NCBI GenBank assembly: GCA_051453625.1
Contig: JBOZIK010000001.1
Coordinates: forward strand, 1,799,092 to 1,863,091
Direction: 5' to 3'
DNA from: Welwitschia mirabilis
Taxonomy: Eukaryota
DNA: 64,000 nucleotides
In this document: one piece after another, positions 12,314-26,400 of the stretch
Numbering within the stretch: the stretch's first letter is position 1
Layout: every line of letters begins with the position of its first letter
The notes under the pieces: model-generated
Databases searched by the model: none
What the model saw: only the letters and a program-made list of their open reading frames with translations
What the model was told of the DNA's origin: nothing
Made by a program: the position numbers and the translations under genes

Positions 12314-15276
12314 AGAAACATTATACACTGTTACTCTTAAATCATTTTTATCTTAAAAGATTTGTTCATCTACAATTCTCTTTTTTATATTAATAATTTT
12401 TGCTTTTAATAAAATAATTTTTTAAAGGCTTGACACTCCCACTTTCCTCTTCCTTTCCCACTTCCCTCTTGTCCCCACCCCAATCCATCCCATCCCCCTT
12501 TCCTATTCTAGCGAATAAGGTGGTAATTCAATTAGTGGAATACTTGTCCATCACATAAGAGCTTATAGGTTTAATCATTTAAATGCCATGTTTGACGCAC
12601 TTTAAAGCCCTCTATATAATTAAATCACTTGTCTAGGTAATTATGATAGTTGTACTCCTAAGGAAGGTTTGATCACTAAAAAGCTTTGGATTTGATATCC
12701 TTGTTTTGATTTTCTACTCTAACGAAACAAAGATTGTGGTGTTACATTTAGAGTATAACTTAGTTGATTAATATTACTTTTAATATGATTTGGTATTTAA
12801 GAATGTAACATGTGGTTTACTTATGATATTTTATTCCAAAGGAATTAATAATCTCTAGATGTATTTACAGTTTCCTATGAAGGATGGATACTTCTTAGTT
12901 AAAATGAATTATAAAGCTTAAGTCTATAAGATAAAATTAATAAGAGCTATGAAAAAAAGAACATATGACAAAGCATCCATGGAGATATCATGTTAAGAAG
13001 TAATAACCACCAATGAAGAGGGCTATGAGTGTGGCAACGTATAGAGAAAACTAGGCACTTAAGACTTTTAGTACATTTGTAATGGAAGTGAGACCTACCA
13101 TGATTACAGATGGTGAAGTAAAGCACATAATGCAAATAAGAAGCATTTGGTTTTTGATGATAAGAGCAAGGGATGTCTAATTATTAAGGTACTTTAACCT
13201 ATCTCAACCACTCTATAAGAAGCAAGGAATCAAATCTATATAATGTGATTCAAACTCATTTAATTACCATTACCAAATAGATTTTACACATTTTATTAAG
13301 AGTTGTTAACTTAACCCTATGCATAACTACTTCTCTAGTGCCTCCACCCCTATCATGATGTAAAGGTAGAGTATGGTGAATCAAAGAAGGATGAGCCTTA
13401 ACCACGAAAAGCCTCTTCAACCATGTTATAAGGAGAAGTAATATAACATTTCATTCATTCTACATAGTTATTATTTCTAATATTAAATTAATTAAAAAGG
13501 ATCTTATCTCTCTTAGAACTTTCAATCATAAAATCCAAATATATAAGATTGACATTCCCAATTTTGTCAATGTTGGAAAAAAATTAGATGAAATTCTAGA
13601 AATTAATCTACATCTATGGAATTTTAAAATTGTTTCTTTGATACTTTCTTCATTTGGCCACTTTTTATAGATGGGTTATACTTTCTTTTTGGTTGGATCT
13701 TATCTGAATTATTGAGATTACATACTGATAAACAAGATAGTACTTTTTTGCAAAATAGTTCATGTTCAAATTTCTTTAATAGATGTTCAAATTTTTATTC
13801 TTACTAATAAAGCATTCATTTGTGTCATCAATGTAGAAAACTTCACCTTTCATACCAAACAAAAATTAAAAGTCAATGGTTAGAAGAAAAGAATTTTTTA
13901 GAAAAATAGTATTAATCATATATATTAATAAGAAAGTCATGAATATAAGAGATTAATATATTCTTCTAAATAAATAGTCATATTTGATCCATATAATGTA
14001 GAGTAACAATCAAACTAAACTTCTTCTTTAAAAAAAATCTATAAGTAATTTTGAATCTTGATAAGATACTTTTCTAAAAAATGTACATTTCTTTGAAAGC
14101 TAAAACCATGCATTGATGAATATCTGTAATGGAAAATTGGATAAATTAGTTATACATATAATGGAAAGTTTATATTTATGAACCTTTAAATAAAAGAAAT
14201 AGCTAAAGATATTTTCAAATAAATGATAGATGCAAAACAAAAAAGTATAGATGAAAATAATGATGTAGTTGCTTTAGAAATAATGAATGCTAATAAAGTT
14301 TTCCTATTGACTTATCCTTCTTTTAATGTCTTATCCTTTTCTACTAAACATTATCAACAAGTGAGTGTAGGATATTTAAGGAAAAACTAAAATTCGAAAA
14401 GACTATTAATCTCTTTCTAAAGATCCACTATAAAGATAGAATTGGAAAACTAAATGCAAGGAAAAATTATTCTACTATGATCAAAAGATATGAAAAACAG
14501 AAAATTAATATTAGACATGAAGGAATTATTTCCTTTACATCACAATGAAAATGTTTAGCTATAACTTAAGAGGTTATTACAATCCCTTAAGCATTGACAC
14601 TTTAAAGAGTGGTGTTAAAAAGAAAATTATAATTTTATTTTCGTTTGTGGAACCAACTATTCAACTTTAACTAGTAATAGAATTCTTCACAATGGCTTCT
14701 CTAAATGTTATTTCTCATTTGTAGAGTCAATTCACAAATCATATGATACTTATTTATTATGAATTTCCTCTTAAACTATAATTCTAAATGATGATTTGCA
14801 ACCATAAAGTGCAACACTTTTTGGAGTTTTAACTAGTGGAATGACCTTGCATATGATTAGGTAAGGCTTAATTTCCATATAAGTGGTATCTAATGATGCT
14901 TCTTTAGCTTATCAGATTATGATAAGTGGGGAAGATCACAGGATACTAATATGGATAAACTAGTGTATTTAACTTATTTTTTACTACTTATATGTCTGAG
15001 CACACCTGAGGTAATGCTAGAGTTATTTAAAGATCAAATTCATTTTCCACCTTTTGGGAGTAAAACTCTTATCTAATTAGAATCAAAAGGAGCTAGCAGG
15101 TGAGTCATAGCCTTTGAGTATATCACTTAATGACATAGGGGATAATAATATATTTTCACTTCAAGTAATTCATCTAGGAAGCCCCATCACTAATAAAGAA
15201 AATGTATTGGTCTTACATCAATTATGGTTACTTAACTCATCTTATATATGTAAATGATATGTTAAATCCTAGTATA

Positions 15277-18200
15277 TGTAACCTTTAATTCTCAAATATT
15301 AAAAATTTTAATCTCTTAATTATATAATACTTTTTGGTATTTTAGTTTTAATTTAGCACCCTTTTTAATTAGAGGCTTTATAGAAACTAATATTTATCTT
15401 TTATAATCAATAGTGTCTTATATTTTTCCTTATGTCACAAAAAACTATGCATTATGCTTAATTTTAAATTATAGATGTTTATATGATATTACAACTAATT
15501 AATTTTGATTTTTGGGTAGTTTTCACAGTTTTGATATTTTTAATACTTATTTTATGAAAAATTTTATGATCAAAATAAATAAGCTATTCAAATGTTAAAA
15601 TTAAATAATTCCATTTATGTAAAAGAATCCAATTCAGATGGTAAAATTATTAGAATGAGTGTTTTACAAAAGGTTATAAAACAATAATGAAATCTTAAAT
15701 CTTTATATTATCCACTTTTTCATGTATTTCATCCATGTTAAAAATCCAAAATTTCTTAATAAAAGTAAATGATTAATGTAGTTGGTAAAAGAAGTGGATA
15801 AAAATTTAAGTGTACTACATTCCATTATGAAATTTTCTTTTTTGTGTTTTGAGTTAATGAATTTGATGAATGATAAAATTAATGAGCATGTAAATAAGTG
15901 CATTCACTCTTATTCAAAAATCAAAAGGGATCAATGAGTAGTTTTGACTCTATCATGACTTTTATCCTTTTTAATATTTGTAAAAGTACTTGGTTTATAA
16001 AATATTTATTTTTATTGTTCATTAGAATTTAAAAAGTTTGTTTCATTATGACATATGATAGTTTTGAAATAACTACATAGAAAAATATGTATTCCTTTAA
16101 TGCATTACACATTGTTCAATGCATGTTTTTAGGTTGATTAAATATAGTTATGAGCCTATGAAGGATTAAAAGGGAACTAGCATGAGAAAATGATGTAGAT
16201 AATTAACGTTGTTAATTAAAGCAAGAGAATTACTCACCCTAGTTATGTGCATAAATCATAAATATGATGTCCTTTTTTCATTTAGACATTAATATCACTT
16301 ATCACTTAAGCTCAACCATGTTATTGATCAATCTTATCCAATTCAATGTAAATCATCTATCTAATTTAATGTGATCGATTCCATCCATTTTAATGTAAAT
16401 ATATTACCTCATAGGTAAAATGGTATGTATGGTTTTTAACCAATTAAATTAAGGACTCTTAATCCATCATTTTACTGTAAAGAAAGCCCTTTCCTCTCTT
16501 GAAAACAAAATTTTTACATCTTTAGGTAAGTGCATACTACCACGTTTTATTCTCATTTTTCCATCTTCTTCTCTTCTCTCATCATCCTTTTCTTTTAAGT
16601 GTAAAGCTTGGAGGTTGAATCTTGTATCTTAAATCTTGGAGCCTAGAGATTAGAGCTTGGAGCTTAGGACTTCATTTAGTAGGAGCTTCTAATCATCATT
16701 TTTCAAGTAGGTTTCTCTACTTATTGTATTCCTATGTTATCTCTTTTCTNNNNNNNNNNNNNNNNNNNNNNNNNNNNNNNNNNNNNNNNNNNNNNNNNNN
16801 NNNNNNNNNNNNNNNNNNNNNNNNNNNNNNNNNNNNNNNNNNNNNNNNNNNNNNNNNNNNNNNNNNNNNNNNNNNNNNNNNNNNNNNNNNNNNNNNNNNN
16901 NNNNNNNNNNNNNNNNNNNNNNNNNNNNNNNNNNNNNNNNNNNNNNNNNNNNNNNNNNNNNNNNNNNNNNNNNNNNNNNNNNNNNNNNNNNNNNNNNNNN
17001 NNNNNNNNNNNNNNNNNNNNNNNNNNNNNNNNNNNNNNNNNNNNNNNNNNNNNNNNNNNNNNNNNNNNNNNNNNNNNNNNNNNNNNNNNNNNNNNNNNNN
17101 NNNNNNNNNNNNNNNNNNNNNNNNNNNNNNNNNNNNNNNNNNNNNNNNNNNNNNNNNNNNNNNNNNNNNNNNNNNNNNNNNNNNNNNNNNNNNNNNNNNN
17201 NNNNNNNNNNNNNNNNNNNNNNNNNNNNNNNNNNNNNNNNNNNNNNNNNNNNNNNNNNNNNNNNNNNNNNNNNNNNNNNNNNNNNNNNNNNNNNNNNNNN
17301 NNNNNNNNNNNNNNNNNNNNNNNNNNNNNNNNNNNNNNNNNNNNNNNNNNNNNNNNNNNNNNNNNNNNNNNNNNNNNNNNNNNNNNNNNNNNNNNNNNNN
17401 NNNNNNNNNNNNNNNNNNNNNNNNNNNNNNNNNNNNNNNNNNNNNNNNNNNNNNNNNNNNNNNNNNNNNNNNNNNTAAGGAAATTTGTGGCATCATAAAA
17501 GTATTGCATTAGGCCATTTTATATTATTATTATTATTATTATAATATTTATTTAATTAATATTATTCCTTTTATTGGATTCAAACTAAGATAAGGGAGAG
17601 ACTTGAGGGATTGCTTTACATGCTTGGTTAATGGGATTACTAATGGATAATTTTAGCAAAGTAACTAAGGTATTCACTATAATAGTTGGGTACTCATATT
17701 TTCTTGTGCATTGTTCACNNNNNNNNNNNNNNNNNNNNNNNNNNNNNNNNNNNNNNNNNNNNNNNNNNNNNNNNNNNNNNNNNNNNNNNNNNNNNNNNNN
17801 NNNNNNNNNNNNNNNNNNAGTAACTAAGGTATTCACTATAATAGTTGGGTACTCATATTTTCTTGTGCATTGTTCACTAATTTTACAAGTTGCATTATGT
17901 ATCATATATGCATTAGAATGCTCTTATAGGATGGATTATCTAATCCTTAATCCACTTATGCTAGGTAGTCATTCATGTTAATCCTAAGGCTTTTTGAAGT
18001 TATCTACTTTTACTTAATCTTGTGAATTGATGTTTATAATTTATGTTAGATTTCTACTAGTTAAAATATTTTTTTTATATTAGATAGACTAATTACATTA
18101 GGAACTTGCATTGAATTTTATCAACTATAGTTGTTTAGATTTATATATGAATTTTTATGTTCTTGTTTAGATAAAGTTCATTTTTTTGAATTTGGTAACA

Positions 18201-20531
18201 TAACTTAAGGGGATCATAACTCATTAACTATTACTTAGAATTCAATGAAGTTTTTTTCTAAGTCTATTATTCATTTTAGATTATAAAAATGTAACAAGAA
18301 TAATCTTTTTAAGAGTTATTAAATTTTTAAAAATTATTTTATGAAAATAACTCTGAAAATAAACACAATAAATAGTGAGCATTAAATATTAGATTAAAAA
18401 ATTAGTGCTAATTTATTTTTAAATAATGGATATTTTAAATTTTAAATAATTAAATATAATTTCTAAATAAGTGTAAATCATTTAAAAATTCAAAGTAGTT
18501 TAAAAGTTATAACCTTTTTAGTGTAATATCGTTTGAGAATATCCACACTTAATGAAGCTAAGTTCTTAAAGTTATATAATGAGTCTAGTTTAGAAAAAGT
18601 ATAATGATTTATTTTTATCCTTCTGAATAATCAATTAGAAATTTTTAATGACAAAGTCTCTTAAAAAGCTAAAAATTATCTAATTAATTATAGAAAAAAT
18701 ATTAAATAATATTATGCTAATAATGCAATAATTTAAGATGTATAATAACTAAATTGATTTTATTTTATATGATTTGTATTAAGTTTTCTTTAATAAATCA
18801 TAATTTATGCCTTCCTTATTAAGGCCTTATTCATGAGTAGTAGTGAATTTCATATTTTAACATAAGTCAAATTGGACTAATTAGCTATTAAAAAAAGGTG
18901 TAGTTTAATGTTGTTTTCATTTTTTAATATTATTCATACTCCCCATTTGTATATAAATCATTTTATTCTTTATTTACTATTAATTTAATAAGTATTTTTA
19001 AGAACTTTGTTGGTTTTTGTTTTGGTAATTTGTTAACTTAATTAGTTTCTTTGATTTTTATGCCTTTTATTGATCTTATAGATAGATGAATGTTTAAGCA
19101 ATCATTACATCTTGTACTTTTCTTTGTCTTTTCATTAATCATATTCTCACGTTAGAAAGTTATTAGTTAAATTTTAGAAAAGCAGGGGTTTAAAAAGATG
19201 TATAGTTTCATGTGTTAAATATTCTTATTTCTTTTCAAAAGAACTCTAGAGCAAAAATACGATTTATTTATGTAAAATGAGAAGAATATATTTATAATAT
19301 TTTGAATTCCACTACTATATTTTTAAAAAAATTTATTTTATAATGTATTAAATGAATATTATTATGATTTCCCCCTTCTATGTGTGATTATTTACAATAA
19401 AATAAATCCAATAAAGTTAGATCTATATTATATAGATAAACAAGTAGCTAAATATTTATACTAGTAATAATTGTGTATATGAATTTGTGNNNNNNNNNNN
19501 NNNNNNNNNNNNNNNNNNNNNNNNNNNNNNNNNNNNNNNNNNNNNNNNNNNNNNNNNNNNNNNNNNNNNNNNNNNNNNNNNNNNNNNNNNNNNNNNNNNN
19601 NNNNNNNNNNNNNNNNNNNNNNNNNNNNNNNNNNNNNNNNNNNNNNNNNNNNNNNNNNNNNNNNNNNNNNNNNNNNNNNNNNNNNNNNNNNNNNNNNNNN
19701 NNNNNNNNNNNNNNNNNNNNNNNNNNNNNNNNNNNNNNNNNNNNNNNNNNNNNNNNNNNNNNNNNNNNNNNNNNNNNNNNNNNNNNNNNNNNNNNNNNNN
19801 NNNNNNNNNNNNNNNNNNNNNNNNNNNNNNNNNNNNNNNNNNNNNNNNNNNNNNNNNNNNNNNNNNNNNNNNNNNNNNNNNNNNNNNNNNNNNNNNNNNN
19901 NNNNNNNNNNNNNNNNNNNNNNNNNNNNNNNNNNNNNNNNNNNNNNNNNNNNNNNNNNNNNNNNNNNNNNNNNNNNNNNNNNNNNNNNNNNNNNNNNNNN
20001 NNNNNNNNNNNNNNNNNNNNNNNNNNNNNNNNNNNNNNNNNNNNNNNNNNNNNNNNNNNNNNNNNNNNNNNNNNNNNNNNNNNNNNNNNNNNNNNNNNNN
20101 NNNNNNNNNNNNNNNNNNNNNGTTTCATCACCACTCTCCCAACCTATCCATATATGTACTTACTCTAACTTAATATCTTGATTTCTTGAAGAATCATGTT
20201 TCACCATCTTGAGATGCTTTAAGGAAGAAAGACTTACTTATAAGTGTGCATCCATATCATGTATTATTTGTTGCTTTTTTTCATGCTATATCAAGGTGAA
20301 TTCTAAGCCTATAGAGTTAAGCCTAACCGAATCACTTTTGGATGACATCTATATTGAGTTAGAATTCCATTAATAAGAGATGCAAAATCCTATTATAATC
20401 ATTAGAATTTATCTTAAACCTAAATCAATGTTTGTAGTAAAACAAGTTGATATCTCATTAACTAGATATAAGATATCTCTGTGTGACACCAAAACCNNNN
20501 NNNNNNTAAAGAAATAAAGAAAGAAAGAAAA

Positions 20532-20562
<31 letters not shown>

Positions 20563-20768
20563 AAGAAGAAGAAATATAGGACACATAAGTAACATTACTA
20601 TTATTTGCAAATCAAATTAATCTTTTTTTTCCTAAATATGAATAAAAATGATAGTGTAAATATATGTACAAGTTGATCTTAGGCTCTCCTAAGCACTTTA
20701 ATAAATCTAAAAGAAGAAAAGATAAAGAAGATTATGCTTATTAAGGGTAAATTAACTTGGGGTTTACA
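15277..20768 (+). repeat. Putative long 5' LTR of a Tekay/Del-like Gypsy element (left end tentative, contains gaps)
   Basis: The right end TTGGGGTTTACA (20768) is followed by a decayed Met PBS. The left end TGTAACC at 15277 is only a plausible inverted-terminus match. Confidence 0.4.
20533..20573. repeat. (AAG)13 microsatellite
   Basis: Read directly. Confidence 0.9.
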
Positions 20769-20771
20769 TAA

Positions 20772-20783
20772 TAGTATCAAAGC
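20772..20783 (+). promoter_or_regulatory. Decayed tRNA-iMet primer binding site of the Tekay-like host element
   Basis: TAGTATCAAAGC versus canonical TGGTATCAGAGC, followed by CCTAGGTT, a few nt after an LTR-like ...TTACA end. Confidence 0.65.
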
Positions 20784-21433
20784 CCTAGGTTAACTTACAT
20801 CACATTTGTATTAATTAATTCTGATTATACTCATGACAATCCTAATTCATAAATAATTTTTAAGTTAAGTGTATTATTCTAATTTTTAAATAATAATGAA
20901 GCTAAGTATATGTATGATAATCCCAATTCCTATAAATTTAATTGTAAATACGATAATTCTAATTCCTAAATAATCTTAAAAGGATGATTAGTACATAACC
21001 ATATTCTTAAAAACTCTTGTCCCTTATAAATTAGGATAATAATTATTTAGGTAAATTGAAATTATTCTAATAAATTAGAATTGTTTAAAGTTTACCTTTA
21101 AAACCATGGCCTTACATGATACCCTAAATATATTAATCATTTTAAGAAAAACATAAATAAATAAATAAATAAAAGTATGACTCATAATCATATACCTTCA
21201 AAATGTGATAAAACTTATAATCATTTTAGGATAACTATATGTTTAATCTTATCTTATAGTACTTCCTAAACTTTCTAACTAGGTAATAATATAAACTTGA
21301 AGGATAATACTAAGCATCAACTTATGAATCTAATAAATCACATCTATTTGAAATAAAGAAAGAGGATAAATCTAATTATTTAGCCTGAATTATAGAATAG
21401 ACAAATACCTTAGTAAGAATTAATTATCTAATA

Positions 21434-22039
21434 ATGGTACTACCATTCTAGTAGAGGTCATAGAGAAAGAAAAGATAGTAGAAAAAATTTAGTAAAAGAA
21501 AGAAGAAAATAAGAAAACAATTCCTCCAAAGGGTTTTAGCTTAAAGAAAAATCAATTACAAATGTCTCCTCAGAATAAGAATCAGAATTGTAATAACATT
21601 AGTAACAATAATAAAAATAGGAATTCCAATAAACATAAACAAAGACCATTTAAGAAAAATTGGAATGTTCCTAGTCAGCATCACATGACTAACTAGTGAG
21701 AAAGATGTACTTAAGAAATACCTATCTAAATCCATTATTGAAATAAATCTAGTAATGGATTTTAGTACTTTAATTATAAACAAAATCATAGAGTTAGAGA
21801 ATGTTCACTACTTACTCAGAGATACTAAAAATAATAATCAAAAAATCCTCAAGGATCTTAAACCATTCAACAACCAATATGATAGTTTTAAGCAACAGTA
21901 GATAATTAAGGGGTAAAATTTCATAGCTTAGTTATAAAAGCTAAAGGTTTATTTAATAATAAAGAAGTAATTATTTTATTTAATTATAAAGATACTGATT
22001 ACTCTACATACCCTGGAATTAGAGAAAGATTATGTTATG
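21434..22039 (+). pseudogene. Degenerate gag of the Tekay-like host, cut within its zinc knuckle by the Athila insertion
   Basis: Ends AGAGAAAGATTATGTTATG (RERLCY...). The sequence resumes after the second TTATG at 41024 and leads into RT. Confidence 0.55.
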
Positions 22040-23413
22040 TGTTTGTAATTTTATAATGTCTAGATTTAAAACTAAGTTTGCACTTAGTTATTATTCTTCC
22101 TTAAGGATAACATGGCTTTCTAAGAAACTCTTTAGGGGAGTGAGCTAGCCTTTGAGGATTATCAAGAAGTTATTCTCACATCTTTTTTCCATTATTGTAA
22201 AGTGCTTTTATTTCTATAATACATAAGTTGTTTGCCTTTCATTTCAAATCATGAGTCATTTTATATTTAAAATATTTAGAAATAAACTTAGCAATTAAGC
22301 TTCATTGTATTTAGGTAATCTCTTTTAAATTCTTGATTTAAGTATTTTAAATATATCTTAGGTACTTAGGATTCTTGCTTTCTATTATTATTTAAGTCTT
22401 TAAATATCAAGTGGCAATTGAGCTTATCATTACTCATATGGTAACTAAAATAATGTCATCATGGTTTGGGCAAAAAAAACTTGATGGTTTTAAGTATGTT
22501 GTAATAAGAAATTAGACAACATTAGAGTGAAGGATTACTTGAAAATAAACTGGTGATATCTTAGAGCTAGATTGCTTTCCTCCTCTCTCAAGTCAATGTT
22601 TCAACTTAAACTATAAAATTACCAATTTCTCCTCTTTTCTTTTCTTAAATTTTGTAACTTACATTAAGTTTAGGTTCTGTAATTTTTCAAAGCTAAAGAT
22701 GATACAATAAAGGGTTTAAGACCCTTTTCTAGGAAGGGATGGGGGTGATGGTGGTTACAAAACTTTGCTTGTAGCATTAGATGGATGGTTATATAATCAT
22801 AACATTAGGTAGAGTAGTATATCTTATTTTTTAATTGGTAGATATTCCAATGATAATGTTAACATTTGGCTCCTGGATGTTGTAGCTATTGTAATTTATC
22901 TTATTTTTTAATTGGTAGATATTTCAATGATAATGCTAACATTTAGGTCCTAGATGTTGCAGCTATTGCCAATCACTTTTAATACTATGTATCTCTAACA
23001 TCATTCTGTTTAGCCTTGTCAAATATCAGTCCTCATCATCACCACTATGTGTCATCAAAAATGCAATTTAGTTCTGATGTGGAATTTAACTAAGGCCACA
23101 AATACATTTAATTCAATTTTTTATGGCAATTTAGAAATGTAAGATTTAATGTATTTGACATAGAAGGACTAATGACACTGATAGTCCTAGATGATGGTAT
23201 TAGAATTTTAACTCTATTGATCTTTATTTTAAGTAATGTCCTTTAATTTAGCATAAGTATCTTGAAAATGTCATGTAAACTCAATAAGTTTATTATTAAT
23301 GTAAAAATCAATAGTAGATATAGTTTTATGATAACATTAATTATATTAATAACTTTCATTAGGATTAATGATTTATTTAACTTGATTATAATGTTAATTT
23401 TTACATGTTAACA
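22040..23413 (-). repeat. 3' LTR (LTR A) of Athila copy 1, with an internal inversion and a 77-bp tandem duplication
   Basis: TGTTTG...TGTTAACA; homologous to 39670-41018 and 60398-61731. Confidence 0.9.
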
Positions 23414-26400
23414 CATCCCCTAATCAATCTCTAGCTAATGCCTTAGCAAAAAGTCGATAATGCAATGGTTAAACATGGAAAAATTATCGAAGTCAAAGGC
23501 ACTCAAGTGTGTGAATGATATAACTTTGAAAAATTTTATAACCAATTTTTTATAATTAAGGCATCAAAATGAAAAATTTTGATGGTATCTTCTAATGTGA
23601 AACACTATTAAGTGGAAGCTCAATCAATAAAAATAGTTTATGCCTTAGGAATTAATTCTCATGAAAACAACAAGGAAGTGTGGTGACATAGTATGAAGTG
23701 AAGTGGAGATGATAAATGCATTAATGAACTAAACCATAAACCGATGATCAAGTCAAAAAACTATCCTAAGTTAATGATCATCTATTATAACTTTGTATTC
23801 TTAGTGGATTACAAATCAACTAAGCGAAGTTTTAACCAAGTAACTTATATGAATTTTATAGAAAACCCTAAGTATGAAGGTTAAAAAATAACAATGCACC
23901 ACAAACCTCTGATTCTCATCTTCTTTATTTTTTTACTTGTCATTCCTACCTTTACATATGTTCTTAGTTTTAAGCTTTTGAACCACATTGAGCATCTAGT
24001 GTCATAGAATTTTCTGCAACAAAGTTAAGCATGTTTTTTATGCAAAAATTAGTGTTGTATTACTAGTAAGTGTTTATAGCCCCGATTCAATTAAGCATGT
24101 TGTAATTAGATTATTAGAGTTACATTGCCAATAGACATTTGTAGCACTAATATAGTTCTCTAAAACAATTATGTGACTAATGTTTTGTGCATTTGGAGAA
24201 GAGATATATTTTTTTCTTTTATTTACCTTCCCCTAGTCATTATTTTTCATGCACATTAGGGGTCATTAGCTCATTAGTCAAATTAGGATAAATTTTATCC
24301 CTACAAAGACTTTAGACTTAAGAATACATACAAAGATAAATTCCACCTTTTCAACCAAGCTTTGTCAAAATTAGAGATCCTAAGTAAATGATTCTTAACC
24401 AACACACTTAAAATAAGCATACTTTTCCTTAAAAACCCATAAGTAAGCTTGATCTTAACCATTACTTAAGTGATAAAAATATCACTTATTATTAATTTTT
24501 ATTTAATCACCTTTAAGCTAAACTAGTAAGCCTCATAAATTCATGTCATCAGAATAGGTGAATGATAGTGCTTTAGATGGTGTTCACTAGCTTTAAATAG
24601 TTAATGGTTCTTGGGATTTTCTAGAAGAAATAATCCATGAGGAAAAACCTTCTTTATTAAAAATAGTCCTTTTTACATAGTGATTAGTTTTTTCTGGAAA
24701 AGATATATGTGTGAGTTATAAAGTAGAACTAGTTCTCCCTCTTTACAAGTTTTCATAAGGACGTGTTAATCATGGAATTTCTTCATCCTTTCTTTGTTTA
24801 TCCTTATTTTTTCATAGGCTTCATTCCTAATTTCATCCAATTTGTTAAGTTGTATAATCCTATTTTGTCTTATAACCTCCAAATCTAAGTTCATGTTTTT
24901 GATTGTCTATTATGCTTTATACTCAAGTTATACAAGTACATGACATGGTTTTTTGTAGATTCCTCTTAGTGGTAACATCCCTAAGGAACTTTTATAAGAA
25001 GTGTGATAAGCCCATAGAATAATGTTAAGATTACAGAACCAGTCTTTTCTAGTTAAGTTTACTACATTTTTTAAAGATCTTTCTAATCTCTCTATTCATA
25101 ACCTCAACTTGGCCACTAGTTTGAGTGTGATAAGGTATTGCTACTTTGTGAGTAAACCCGTATATATCAAGAATGTTGTTGAATATTTTATTATAAAAAT
25201 TCATTCTTATGTCACTAATTAAAACTTGTGATAACTAAATTGCATTAGGATATTTTCCTTAAATAATTTTATTACTATTTGAGCATCATTTGATGAAAAA
25301 ATGTATGCCTCAACCCATTTTGTTAAAGAGTCCCCATAGATAAAATGTAATAATGCTTGTCTGAAGGTGGAGAAGGGATTTAAAAATCAATTACCCAAAT
25401 ATCAAAGGGCTTAACTGCAAGAATGGGATTTAGGACCATCATTTGTCTTCATGAAAGGATTCCTAATTTTTGGTAATTATCATAATAATTACAATAAAGA
25501 TAGGAATATTTGAAAATAGAAGGCCAAAGAAATTAAAATGAAGGACTTTTGTAGCTATTTTATTGGCTAGGTAATGAACCCCTTAATCTTCAAAGTGATA
25601 ATGCTTCAGAATGTCATGAATTTTAGTTTGAGGTATGCATTTACAAGTGACATGATCTAGATAATTTTTGAAAAGATAAGGACTACCCTAAAAAAATATT
25701 TAACCTGGCCTAAGAACCTATTTTATCATTAGGAGTTCAATGGTAAGAAATGGTTTTAGAGACTAGGTAGTTGGCAATATTTTTAAACCAAGGTACTTCC
25801 TTAACTAAAAAGAAATATGCATTTAGGAAGATGTTGTTAATGGAAAGGGATGTTTATAGATTGTCGTGAGTTAATTGTGAAAGATGATCTACAACTATGT
25901 TATCAAAACCCCTTTTATTTTTAATCTCCAAGTAAAATTCTTACATAAAAAGGATCCATTTAATCAGTCTTTATTTTGAATCCTTTTTGGAAAAAAGATA
26001 TCTAAGGACCGAATGATTAGTATAGATAATTACCTTAGATCCTAAAATATATTACATAAATTTATCTAAGGAAATACTATAGCTAGTAGCTATTTCTCCA
26101 TAATAATGTAGTCTAACTAAGTATCATTTGAAGTCTTACTGGCATAATAAATCATAATTAATTTTTATCTATCCATTGTCCTAAAATAACCCTTATCACC
26201 TAATCATTTGCATCATACATAAGCTCAAAAGATAGCTTATAGTCAAGTGATTGAATAATTAGGATGAAAGTTAATTTTTCCTTGAGTTGTTTGAATGATT
26301 GTTGACATTCAATGTTCTAGTTGAAGGTGATGCTTTTGCTTAAAAGATCACATAATAACTTAGAGGTTTTGATGAAATCCTTAATAAATATCTTATAATA

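Noticed and set aside
12101-12328. ORF with THTHTH repeat
   Set aside because: Translation of the (GT)n microsatellite.
14884-14895. TGGTATC as a tRNA-Met primer site of a caulimovirid or LTR element
   Set aside because: Only 7 nt match, with no adjacent LTR end or recognisable viral gene.
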